A model generated the notes under the pieces. That model searched no databases. It saw only the letters and a program-made list of their open reading frames with translations, and had not been told where the DNA came from. 42,587 nt of DNA, taken from the NCBI GenBank assembly GCA_016182565.1, contig JACPGI010000002.1:1-42587 (forward strand), read 5' to 3'. Position 1 is the first letter of the stretch. Every line of letters begins with the position of its first letter. Both the position numbers and the translations under genes were made by a program. Below are positions 27,128-38,668 of the stretch, piece after piece. This stretch comes from a candidate division WWE3 bacterium. Its GTDB lineage: Bacteria > Patescibacteriota > WWE3 > UBA101185 > UBA10185.

Positions 27128-28763
27128 AGTAAACTCTATTATATTAAATGGTATTGACCCGGTGCGGGTAATTGTGGAAGTAAATATTACAGGCCGGGGA
27201 TTTCCAAGTTTTGACATTGTTGGTATGGCCGGTAAAAGTGTTCAAGAGAGTAAAGAAAGGGTTCGAAGTGCTTTAATAGCATCCGGATATGATTTTCCTC
27301 AGAAAAAAGTATTAGTTAATTTAATGCCCGCCGACTTGCCCAAAGATGGCACCTGCTTAGACTTCCCAATTGCAGCTGGGATTTTGGCTTGCGTTTACGG
27401 ATATAAACTTCCAAAGAACGCTTTGTTTTATGGTGAATTAGCATTAGGTGGGGAGTTAAACTATACAAAAGGCTGCTTTAATCTGGGTTTGATGCTTTTG
27501 ACTCAAGGCGAAGTAACTACAGTAGCTTTTATTCCTACCAAATCTGTAAAGGAAATGGAACATTTAGATGGGGTTTTATTTTTTCCTACCTCTAATCTAA
27601 AGGAATTAGGTGATTTTCTTGAAGGTAAGACTACTTTTTCATCTAGAGTGGGTAAGTTAAAAGGGAGTTCATTAACAAACACATTGCAAGATAAAAAAAT
27701 TTGTGGTCAAGGCAAAGTAATGAACTTGACCAAGGAGATTAAGTCTGATTTTGAAATTGACATAGCTAGTATCAAAGGTCAAAAAAGAGCAAAAAGAGCG
27801 CTTCTAATAAGCTTATCCGGTAAACACAACATTCTTTTTATAGGAAGCCCCGGATGCGGAAAAACTATGCTTGCAAGAAGCATCCCACCCTTACTACCTA
27901 AGCTTTCTTATACTGATAGTTTAGAAGTTACACGCATTTATTCCGGCAGTGGATTTATGGACGGTAAGTATGGTCTGGTAGAAATTCCTCCTTTTAGAAG
28001 CCCACACCATACAAGCTCAGTAGCAGGTATTATTGGTGGTGGTAACAGGTTTAAAGTGGGCGAAATTAGCCTCGCCCATAAGGGAATTCTTTTTTTAGAT
28101 GAATTACCGGAATTTAGTTTACAAGTGCTTGATGCTTTAAGGCAGCCTCTTGAGACAAAGACAATTAGTCTAATTAAATCAGGATATAGTGTTTTGGTTC
28201 CCACAGATTTTGTTTTAGTAGCAACAGCAAATCCGTGCCCTTGTGGTTATTTTGGAGACCGGTCTCATAAGTGTATTTGTGGGTTACCCCAACGCCAAAG
28301 GTATTTTAGTAGGATTTCAGGTCCATTACTTGATCGTATTGATATCGTTGTTCCTATTTTTTCTTCAAATGAGGCGGACTTTGTTAATAATTTTTCTAGC
28401 CCAATTGCCCCGACATCTAACCAAGAGTTAGATACCACACTGAAATTACAAGAAGTTATAGCAAAAGTGCAAAGTTTACAACGCGATAGAATGTTAGGTG
28501 CTGAAAAACATATCCTTGGAATCACCGTTGGAATAGATAATAATAAAAACAAGAGTAAATATTATACTCTAAACAAAAATATTATAAAACTTTTGGAACA
28601 AGCTTCCACTAAATTCAACCTATCTATAAGATCACAAACAAAAGTAATAAAATTAGCAAGAACTATTGCCGACGTCGAGGAGAAAGTTGAAATAGAGGTA
28701 AGTCACATTTTAGAAGCTATAAGTTATCAGACATCATATTTGTCATTTTTTCCAAATTCTTAG
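27117..28763 (+). CDS. comM: ComM/YifB Mg-chelatase-like AAA+ helicase
   Basis: Lon-like N-domain (FDIVGM..ESKERVRSA), GSPGCGKT, FRSPHHTSS, LFLDELPEF, NPCPCG; ATG 27117 overlaps the dprA end. Confidence 0.93.
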   Translation: MLVRVNSIILNGIDPVRVIVEVNITGRGFPSFDIVGMAGKSVQESKERVRSALIASGYDFPQKKVLVNLMPADLPKDGTCLDFPIAAGILACVYGYKLPKNALFYGELALGGELNYTKGCFNLGLMLLTQGEVTTVAFIPTKSVKEMEHLDGVLFFPTSNLKELGDFLEGKTTFSSRVGKLKGSSLTNTLQDKKICGQGKVMNLTKEIKSDFEIDIASIKGQKRAKRALLISLSGKHNILFIGSPGCGKTMLARSIPPLLPKLSYTDSLEVTRIYSGSGFMDGKYGLVEIPPFRSPHHTSSVAGIIGGGNRFKVGEISLAHKGILFLDELPEFSLQVLDALRQPLETKTISLIKSGYSVLVPTDFVLVATANPCPCGYFGDRSHKCICGLPQRQRYFSRISGPLLDRIDIVVPIFSSNEADFVNNFSSPIAPTSNQELDTTLKLQEVIAKVQSLQRDRMLGAEKHILGITVGIDNNKNKSKYYTLNKNIIKLLEQASTKFNLSIRSQTKVIKLARTIADVEEKVEIEVSHILEAISYQTSYLSFFPNS

Positions 28764-28848
28764 TGTTTTATATTTTAAAAGTTTACTAAGGCATAATCAG
28801 AACCAAACCAAAGTTTCTTCAAATCCTGTACCATTTTTAGTAAGGGAT

Positions 28849-29732
<884 letters not shown>

Positions 29733-29760
29733 TTTTTAATAGGTATGGGAAAATGTTTAC

Positions 29761-30507
29761 ATGCACTTACTGCCCCCCGATTCGGTGTTTAATTTAACAA
29801 TTCTTTTTATATTCATAATCTTTTTGTTAGGTTTTGCAGTTTTACTAGCTTCGATCTATGGTTTTTTATCAAAATGGCTCAGACTTTTAAAAGAAGATGA
29901 AATTTCAGGTGCCACAGCAATAAAGCAGAATTCGTATAAACAGGCTGCTGAGATACTTGATAAGGCGAGAAAAGAATCGCTAAAAATAATTGCTGAAACA
30001 AATATGAGATCTCGTGATGTTCTTGGCCTAATTGACAATTTGGCTAAAGAGTCTAAAAGAAGCCTTAACCTTTCACTTGATACATTGGCAGCAAAACACG
30101 AGGAAGCACTCCAAAAAACTTCAAATGAACTTCTTTCCAACTACCAAGACATTATTGAAAAACAAAAACAAGAGAGCATTTCTGTTTTGGATAAAGTTTC
30201 TTCTAATATTGAAAAAAATGCGGATTTACAGGTAGATGAGTTTGAGGATGCTCTTGAAAGAAAAACAATAGAGGTGGAGAAGTTGGTTGAAGATAAGTTA
30301 GATGCTTCCTATAAGAAGGTTGAAGGTGAAATTGCAGTATTTAGGGATGCACAGCTCAAAAAAGCTACTGAGTCAATCTATGACATACTTCACCAGGTTT
30401 CTATAAAAGTTTTTGGGAAAGTTCTAAGTGTGGAGGATCACGAGGATATTGTTATGCAAGCTTTAAACGACGCTAAGAACGGTAATTTTTTTAAACCTAC
30501 TAATTAA
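29761..30507 (+). CDS. atpF: F-type ATPase subunit b-like, elongated (248 aa)
   Basis: N-terminal TM, long coiled coil, b-like C-terminus (VSIKVFGKVLSVEDHEDIV); operon position. Confidence 0.72.
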   Translation: MHLLPPDSVFNLTILFIFIIFLLGFAVLLASIYGFLSKWLRLLKEDEISGATAIKQNSYKQAAEILDKARKESLKIIAETNMRSRDVLGLIDNLAKESKRSLNLSLDTLAAKHEEALQKTSNELLSNYQDIIEKQKQESISVLDKVSSNIEKNADLQVDEFEDALERKTIEVEKLVEDKLDASYKKVEGEIAVFRDAQLKKATESIYDILHQVSIKVFGKVLSVEDHEDIVMQALNDAKNGNFFKPTN

Positions 30508-30513
30508 AATCGC

Positions 30514-31023
30514 ATGAACTTAGCTATTAAAATTCAAAACACCCAAAATTTGCAGAGATTAAAGATGCTTGCTTCAGGTTTAAAAAGTAAGTTAGTGGGG
30601 GACAGTTTAGCAAGAAATAAAGTCACCCTTGAAAAAAATCTCGGTGAATTTTTCCCTATTTTTGAAGATTTTGTTTCTTCCGACGCGTTGAATACACCAA
30701 AGGATCTAAATCAACCTAGTATTTCTGCTATTAATAAGCTATACGCAAGTAATAGCCTGGCCATAATAGATAATTTTCTGTTATACCTTAATTCTATTAG
30801 TGTATTAGATTTAACGCTGGCTTTTAATCCCACTCCCAAGTTTTTACAGGAGGTACTGTTTTGGCTTAACAAGAACGTATCAAATAATATAGTTTTAAAG
30901 GTAAATTACCAGGAAGATATAGTAGCTGGCGCACTTATTACTTACAATGGCAAATATGGAGATTTTTCAACGAGGAACAAATTAGATGCCTTATTTAATC
31001 ACACTCAGGAACTAAAGATATGA
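30514..31023 (+). CDS. atpH: F-type ATPase subunit delta-like
   Basis: C-terminal EDIVAGALITYNGKYGDFS resembles the delta motif (LIGG..I..GD..ID.S); operon position. Confidence 0.75.
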   Translation: MNLAIKIQNTQNLQRLKMLASGLKSKLVGDSLARNKVTLEKNLGEFFPIFEDFVSSDALNTPKDLNQPSISAINKLYASNSLAIIDNFLLYLNSISVLDLTLAFNPTPKFLQEVLFWLNKNVSNNIVLKVNYQEDIVAGALITYNGKYGDFSTRNKLDALFNHTQELKI

Positions 31024-32582
31024 CAAGTTTATATGCTCCACACAGATTTAATGAGTATTTAGAAAAAACTGGTGAGATAGGTAGCGTTACTATGTTAGCC
31101 TATCCGTTGGTGTATGTTGACGGTTTACCTTCAGCCTTTCCTCAAGAGGTAGTTATGTTTGAAACTGGCGAGATAGGTCAGGTAGTTTCTAGTAGCCCAT
31201 CATATGTTGAAGTGCTAGTTTTTTCTTCTGAGGCTGTAAGGACAGGAACAAAAGTCACTAGAACAGGAAGGAGTCTTGAAATACCAGTAGGAGATGCTCT
31301 TCTTGGAAAATTGGTTGATCCACTTGGCAAGTCATTGCATAAATTAAAACCAATAGGCTTAATTAAAGATTTTAGGCAGGTTGAAATAGCACCTCCCGGT
31401 ATTGAGGTTAGAGCAAAAATTACTGAAACCTTAGAGACCGGCGTAACAATTGTTGATATGATGGTGCCACTTGGAAAAGGCCAAAGAGAGCTTGTTATAG
31501 GAGACAGAAAAACCGGCAAAACAAATTTTCTTCTTCAAACAGTTTTAAATCAAGCAAAGAAAGGCACAATTTGTGTTTATGCTGCAATTGGAAAGAAGAA
31601 AACAGATATTAAGCACGTTGAGGCGTTTTTCGAGAAAAACAATCTAACTGACAAGACATTGATTGTAGCTTCCTCATCCACCGATTCCGCGGGTATTATC
31701 TACATGACGCCATACTCAGCTATGACAATTGCTGAATATTTTAGAGATCAGGGAAAAGAGGTGCTTATAATTTTGGATGATCTTTCCACCCACGCTAAAT
31801 TTTATAGGGAGATATCGCTTTTGGGTAAGAATTTTCCTGGTCGTAGTTCCTATCCGGGGGATATCTTTTATACCCATAGTAGACTTATAGAGAGAGCGGG
31901 GAATTTCAAAACTGCCAATGGAACTGTTGCTATAACTTGCCTTCCGGTTGCAGAAACGGTAGAGGGTGATATTTCCGGTTATATTTCAACAAACCTTATG
32001 TCAATGACTGACGGACACATTTATTTTGATAGAGATTTATTTGCTCAAGGACGTCGTCCGGCGATAAATATATTTGCATCAGTGACAAGGGTAGGTAGGC
32101 AAACTCAAACAACAACTCGTTCTGGTATTTTTAGAGAATTAAATAGCTTTCTTTCCCTCCACGAAAAGACTCAAAGCTTTATCCATTTTGGTGCAGAGCT
32201 TAGTGAAGGTGTAAAAACAACGCTAACGATGGGTGAGAGAGTCTTAGACTTTTTTAATCAATCACCGGATAGGATTTTAACTATAGAGCTACAAATCATG
32301 TTATTTTGTTTAATTTGGATAGGTACTTGGAACAAGTACGGTAAAGAACAGGTAAGAGTAGAACTAGAGAAGATAATATCAACTTATAAGCGAAGCAAAA
32401 CAACCCAAGACCTATTTTCAAAGTATGTTTGGGAGGCTTCGGATTTTAACTCTCTTTTGGGAAAGTTAAGTGTAGACGGTAATAAGATTATGGATACTTT
32501 GGAGGCAGCGTTTATTGCTAGTGGTTCTGATAGTAGTAATGTGACAGATATTCAAATTATTCCTGGATTAATAGATAGGTAG
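31020..32582 (+). CDS. atpA: F1 subunit alpha
   Basis: GKGQRELVIGDRKTGKT, PGRSSYPGDIFYTHSRLIERAG, TDGHIY, SVTRVG (arginine finger). Confidence 0.95.
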   Translation: MTSLYAPHRFNEYLEKTGEIGSVTMLAYPLVYVDGLPSAFPQEVVMFETGEIGQVVSSSPSYVEVLVFSSEAVRTGTKVTRTGRSLEIPVGDALLGKLVDPLGKSLHKLKPIGLIKDFRQVEIAPPGIEVRAKITETLETGVTIVDMMVPLGKGQRELVIGDRKTGKTNFLLQTVLNQAKKGTICVYAAIGKKKTDIKHVEAFFEKNNLTDKTLIVASSSTDSAGIIYMTPYSAMTIAEYFRDQGKEVLIILDDLSTHAKFYREISLLGKNFPGRSSYPGDIFYTHSRLIERAGNFKTANGTVAITCLPVAETVEGDISGYISTNLMSMTDGHIYFDRDLFAQGRRPAINIFASVTRVGRQTQTTTRSGIFRELNSFLSLHEKTQSFIHFGAELSEGVKTTLTMGERVLDFFNQSPDRILTIELQIMLFCLIWIGTWNKYGKEQVRVELEKIISTYKRSKTTQDLFSKYVWEASDFNSLLGKLSVDGNKIMDTLEAAFIASGSDSSNVTDIQIIPGLIDR

Positions 32583-32586
32583 TTGT

Positions 32587-33456
32587 ATGGCGGCAACAAA
32601 GAACATATTGGAAGAAATTCAAAACTTAAAAAATGTTAGAAACATGGTATTAACTTACGAAGAGATTGCCGCCACAAGGATGCAACGTGTTAAAACCTCG
32701 GTTCTTATTAACCGCGAATTCTTAGCCAGTCTTTATTCTATATATCAGCATGTTAAGTACTCCTACGATAGGGAAGTTAAAGTGCCAAAGTATTTTAAAA
32801 AGACGCTATCTTCGAAGATAATCCCAAGAAACGGCAAGACTGTATCTGTTTTTCTATCTTCGAATACAGGCCTTTATGGGGATATTATAAAAGACACCTT
32901 TGACCTTTTTGTAAAATCAATTCAAGATAAAAAGACGGATATTGTGGTTGTGGGTAGGGTGGGGCAGAGGTTATTTGACCACGTAAAGAAAGCTCTAAAT
33001 ATGACAAACTATCAGTATTTTGAGCTATCAGACAGTTCATCAAACCCAGAGGATTTCATTGATATTATTTCCTATGTTGTAGATTATGAGCAGGTGATTG
33101 TTTATCACGGTCAATTTCAAAGTATTTTATCCCAAATACCCAAGGAGGAGTACTTAACAGGAGATCTCCCAAAATCCGAACTTAAATTTGTGGAGAATGC
33201 CCACTATATATTTGAGCCTTCGTTGGAAAAGATACTCAGTTTCTTTGAATCCGAAATTATGGCTTCAATTTTTGAGCATAGTTTACATGAGTCAAGTCTT
33301 AGCAAATACGCATCTAGAATGATAAATTTGGATCACGCGGTCTCTAACATAAGCGAAAAACTTAAACGAGCAAAATTTATTGAACAAAGTTCGCGACATA
33401 GGGTAGTAAATAAAAAGCAAGCCGAGCTCCTTTCTGGTATGTCACTTTGGGGCTAG
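32587..33456 (+). CDS. atpG: F1 subunit gamma
   Basis: N- and C-terminal helices, SSNTGLYG, SKYASRMINLDHA, KKQAELL; position between alpha and beta. Confidence 0.9.
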   Translation: MAATKNILEEIQNLKNVRNMVLTYEEIAATRMQRVKTSVLINREFLASLYSIYQHVKYSYDREVKVPKYFKKTLSSKIIPRNGKTVSVFLSSNTGLYGDIIKDTFDLFVKSIQDKKTDIVVVGRVGQRLFDHVKKALNMTNYQYFELSDSSSNPEDFIDIISYVVDYEQVIVYHGQFQSILSQIPKEEYLTGDLPKSELKFVENAHYIFEPSLEKILSFFESEIMASIFEHSLHESSLSKYASRMINLDHAVSNISEKLKRAKFIEQSSRHRVVNKKQAELLSGMSLWG

Positions 33457-33459
33457 TAA

Positions 33460-34959
<1,500 letters not shown>

Positions 34960-34974
34960 AAGGTCTAATAACCT

Positions 34975-35250
34975 ATGATTCCTAACATTCTTAGAGAGAC
35001 TAATAAAAATATATCTGTAGTAATAAAAAGTCGAAAAAGAACTTATTATGAAGGGCAAGCGTTATCCTTAAGCTCAGTAAATGAAAGTGGGCCTTTTGAT
35101 GTTTTGCCATCTCATGCTAATTTTATTACTACAATTAGGGACTATATAAAGCTAATTATCGATGAAAACAATGCCCAAGATTTTGCAATTAAAGAGGGAG
35201 TATTACGGGCATATGAGGATGAGGTAAGTGTGTATTTAACTGTAGCATAG
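34975..35250 (+). CDS. atpC: F1 subunit epsilon, N-terminal beta-sandwich only
   Basis: GPFDVLPSHANFIT motif; ends without the C-terminal helical hairpin. Confidence 0.85.
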   Translation: MIPNILRETNKNISVVIKSRKRTYYEGQALSLSSVNESGPFDVLPSHANFITTIRDYIKLIIDENNAQDFAIKEGVLRAYEDEVSVYLTVA

Positions 35251-35352
35251 AGTATTTGTATCCATTTCTTCCCCCTACCAACCTATATGTTTTGTAGAAT
35301 ATAACAACGTACATTAGTTGAATTATTCCAATTTACATTGTATATTCCAAGC

Positions 35353-35652
35353 ATGGTTAATATTTTAAACGTTTCGAAGGCAATGTCTGATAAAAATAGA
35401 ATAAAGATCATGCAGATGCTAAGTGAAGGTGAGAACAATGTTAGTGATGTTGCTGACAATTTAAACGTTGAGGAAAATTTAGCCTCGCATCACTTAAGAG
35501 TTTTATCGGGTTTGGGTTTTTTGAAGAGTAACAAGAAGGGTAGGGAGGTTTTTTATAAATTAAACAAGGCAAAGCTTGTTACATTAGTCAAAGATTTAAA
35601 AAGAAACCCGGCTTTTCTTGAGATTCTAAAAGAAGCAGTTTCCGGCGACTAA
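35353..35652 (+). CDS. ArsR/SmtB-family regulator
   Basis: KAMSDKNRIKIMQML..NVSDVA..ASHHLRVL..GREVFY; ATG 35353 follows TTGAAT-17-TATATT by 6 nt. Confidence 0.88.
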   Translation: MVNILNVSKAMSDKNRIKIMQMLSEGENNVSDVADNLNVEENLASHHLRVLSGLGFLKSNKKGREVFYKLNKAKLVTLVKDLKRNPAFLEILKEAVSGD

Positions 35653-35825
35653 AATCGTTTAGTTTTTTTGTAGTATTAGCACAATTTAGAACATAATATA
35701 TCCAATTTTCTCAAATTAGTATCAATATCAACTTAAAGATGCTACCTGATTTTATTTCCTGTACCCACAGTTTTAGTAGATTTAGCATTGTAATTCATTG
35801 TAAATCAGTGTTTTATACCAATTAA

Positions 35826-35908
35826 GTTAATATGCGGTAAATATTTTATAGGAGCTGCTGTGGTAGCAAATAGCAATAGTGTATTTCTGGTTAATATGCG
35901 TTAAATAT
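35826..35908. repeat. 19-bp direct repeat pair upstream of comEA
   Basis: GTTAATATGCG(G/T)TAAATAT at 35826-35844 and 35890-35908. Confidence 0.7.
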
Positions 35909-35980
35909 CCAAAAGGTTTTTCTATTGCTACTAGAAGTTAATACGAAAATACAAACCTGTAACCGGCTTAAAATACCCTT

Positions 35981-36733
35981 ATGCTCGAAGACTTAGTTTT
36001 TAAAATAAAGGAGAGAAGACCCAATCTTTTTACTATATTGTCTTGTGTGCTCTTATTAGCTATTTTTTTAGCTTATTATTTTGTTATTAAGGATGATACT
36101 TTGTTGGGTAAGGTGATAGGCAGTAAAGTCGATGATCTAGGACAAAACACTACCCCAAGTGCCAACGAAACTACTGTTACCAAAAATGAGGCAGAGAAAA
36201 TTTATTGTGAGATTACTGGAGCTGTAAATGAACCTGGCATGTGTTCATTGGATTCTGGTAGTAGAGTATTTGATTTACTCAATTGTGGTAAGGGGTTTAG
36301 TAAGTTTGCAAACCATACTTGGATAGCGCAGAACCTTAATATGTCTCAAAAAATTAAAGATGAATGTAAGGTTTATGTACCATTCACATGGGATAGTATT
36401 CAGGAACCTAGCAAGGTTGCCCATTTCATGAATATAGATGAAACTAATGTTAAAGTAGTTTCAAATAGCACTCCGGATAAAAAACCCACTGAAAGTTATA
36501 AATCTACTCAAGCTATATCAATAACACCCATACCAGCTAATAGTACACCTTCAACTCCTATTAACGTTAATAACTGTAGTAAAGATGCCCTTCTATCTTT
36601 AAAAGGTATAGGTAATATCTATGCCACTCGAATTATTGATAATAGACCATATATAGATATTGAGGAGCTAAAGACCAAGGCTAAATTATCTGAGAGCCTT
36701 GTTTCTAGTATAAAGAGTTTAATAACCTTCTAA
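35981..36733 (+). CDS. comEA: ComEA DNA receptor (TM, SLBB, HhH)
   Basis: CEITGAVNEPG SLBB motif; ININNCSKDALLSLKGIG..ATRIIDNRPY HhH motif. Confidence 0.9.
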   Translation: MLEDLVFKIKERRPNLFTILSCVLLLAIFLAYYFVIKDDTLLGKVIGSKVDDLGQNTTPSANETTVTKNEAEKIYCEITGAVNEPGMCSLDSGSRVFDLLNCGKGFSKFANHTWIAQNLNMSQKIKDECKVYVPFTWDSIQEPSKVAHFMNIDETNVKVVSNSTPDKKPTESYKSTQAISITPIPANSTPSTPINVNNCSKDALLSLKGIGNIYATRIIDNRPYIDIEELKTKAKLSESLVSSIKSLITF

Positions 36734-36737
36734 GTAC

Positions 36738-37766
36738 ATGCTAGGTCTTGCTTCTAAGTTTAATATCACCACCGTACTAAGATATAAAAGTCTTTGTATA
36801 TTGTGTTTTATTTGGATACTGCTATTAAACTTAAATATAGACCCAGCTCAAAAAATAGGGGATTGGAGTAAGGCTAGCTATCTAATTGACACCTTCAGTA
36901 ATGTACAACAGAATCGATTTTATACTATTTTTGAAAGATATTTACCTAGTCCTCAGTTAGAATTTTTCTTAGGTATTGTTTTAGGGTCAGATACAATCAA
37001 ATTCTTTTCTAGATTTAACGACGTCACTCTTTCAGCAGGCATGATGCACGCAATTGTGGCCTCTGGCTACAATATTAACTTAGTATTTACTTTTTTATTT
37101 AAAATACTTGGGACTAAATATAATCTTTATTTTTTAATTATCGCTCAGGTAGTTGCATTAATTTACGCATTTTTAACCGGGTTTAACGTGCCAATAATCA
37201 GAGCCATTCTGATGGTGTCTGTCATACATTGGACTACATACTTGGGGTATAGAAGTTCGGGGCTAGCCTTGATTCTTAAGGTAGCTTTACTGATGCTAGT
37301 ATTGTCCCCCAAGCTGTATAAAAACTTAAGCTTTCTTTACACAGTATTTGCCACAACTGGCTTAGTACTGGCATCGAAACTGCCAAAAGCTCCCAGTGTG
37401 TTGTTTGAGCTTTTTCAGGTATCTCTTATGGCGCAGCTTTTAATACTGCCAGTTGGTTTTGTGAAATTCGGAACATTAAACATAGTTGGTTTGCTAAGCA
37501 CGGTCTTACTTAGTTTTGTTGTATCTTTAATCACTGTTTCTGGGTTCATTAGTGTATTGATTAGTTATTTGTGTCCAAAGATAGTAAAATTCATTCTTAT
37601 TCCCATAAATTTATTACTAACTTTATTCGCTTATACATGTGAAATAATAGGAAGATATAACACTATAAGTGTATCTATAAGTATTTATATACTTTGTATC
37701 TTAATTATTGTATTAATTGTGTCTCCAATTTTAAAATTTAGAAAACAACAGATTTATGATAAATAA
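36738..37766 (+). CDS. comEC: ComEC/Rec2 competence membrane domain
   Basis: GIVLG, MMHAIVASGYNI, PIIRAILM motifs; many TM helices; follows comEA. Confidence 0.85.
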   Translation: MLGLASKFNITTVLRYKSLCILCFIWILLLNLNIDPAQKIGDWSKASYLIDTFSNVQQNRFYTIFERYLPSPQLEFFLGIVLGSDTIKFFSRFNDVTLSAGMMHAIVASGYNINLVFTFLFKILGTKYNLYFLIIAQVVALIYAFLTGFNVPIIRAILMVSVIHWTTYLGYRSSGLALILKVALLMLVLSPKLYKNLSFLYTVFATTGLVLASKLPKAPSVLFELFQVSLMAQLLILPVGFVKFGTLNIVGLLSTVLLSFVVSLITVSGFISVLISYLCPKIVKFILIPINLLLTLFAYTCEIIGRYNTISVSISIYILCILIIVLIVSPILKFRKQQIYDK

Positions 37767-38616
37767 AATGTATGTCCTTTTAACTACCGGAGCCTTCTTA
37801 GTGTTAGGTAGTTTTTATTTTCCCGCCTTGTCGCAAAAAACCGGTTTAATCTTGCACTTTTTAGATGTGGGCAATGGTGATGCCATAGCGATCACGCAGG
37901 AAGCTAATGTCCTTGCTGTGGTAGATGGCGGTCCTGATTATTATTCTGATTATTTTTTGTCGCGCTACTTTCCCCTTCTTAACTGTAATATTAAATATAT
38001 GTTTTTGACCCACCCCCACGCAGATCATTTGAAAGGTTTGACTAGAATGCTTAGTCATTGTGAAGTTGAAAATGTGTATGAAAATAAAATTGGCTATACT
38101 TCAAAACTCTACGGATTTTGGCATAGTTTGTTAGATGGCAAAATAAGCTCTATTTCTAATCTTGTTTATAATACCGAATTTACATCTGGCAGCGTTGTTA
38201 GGCTAGATAATTTAAAAATCATTTCTTTATATCCAACAAAAGACATTGTTAAAGGCTTAGATACACGTGTAGCTAGTGCAAATGACGTATCTATGGTGTT
38301 ACTTATTGACTATCTGGACTTTGAAGCTCTTCTGATGGCAGACATAGAAGCAAAAAATCAAGAACTTATTGATTTTGATCTTTTAGATGTTTATCTGGAT
38401 GGGTCACTTGAGGTACTAAAAGTACCTCATCACGGTTCCAAAAATGCGTTAAACACATCTTTTTTTGATAAGTTGACAATAGATAAAGCTATTGTCACAA
38501 CGGGCCCAAATGATTACGGCCACCCATCCCCTACCGTACTTGACTATTTCACAAAACGTGGTGTTACCCTACTTCGTACAGATGTTGAAGGTGACATAGC
38601 AATATCCGTCCGTTAA
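37756..38616 (+). CDS. ComEC-type metallo-beta-lactamase nuclease domain, encoded separately
   Basis: LDVGNGDAI, THPHADH, NDVSMV, LKVPHHGS, YGHP, RTDVEG motifs. Confidence 0.88.
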   Translation: MINKMYVLLTTGAFLVLGSFYFPALSQKTGLILHFLDVGNGDAIAITQEANVLAVVDGGPDYYSDYFLSRYFPLLNCNIKYMFLTHPHADHLKGLTRMLSHCEVENVYENKIGYTSKLYGFWHSLLDGKISSISNLVYNTEFTSGSVVRLDNLKIISLYPTKDIVKGLDTRVASANDVSMVLLIDYLDFEALLMADIEAKNQELIDFDLLDVYLDGSLEVLKVPHHGSKNALNTSFFDKLTIDKAIVTTGPNDYGHPSPTVLDYFTKRGVTLLRTDVEGDIAISVR

Positions 38617-38668
38617 GACGGTGTTTTCTTATGTTGTCTAGTTGGATTGGTTGAGATATAGTTGCAGA

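Noticed and set aside
35660-35800. Short minus-strand ORFs in the arsR-comEA gap (e.g. 25-aa MLNLLKLWVQ...)
   Set aside because: Too short, no initiation signal or family motif, and compatible with chance in AT-rich DNA.
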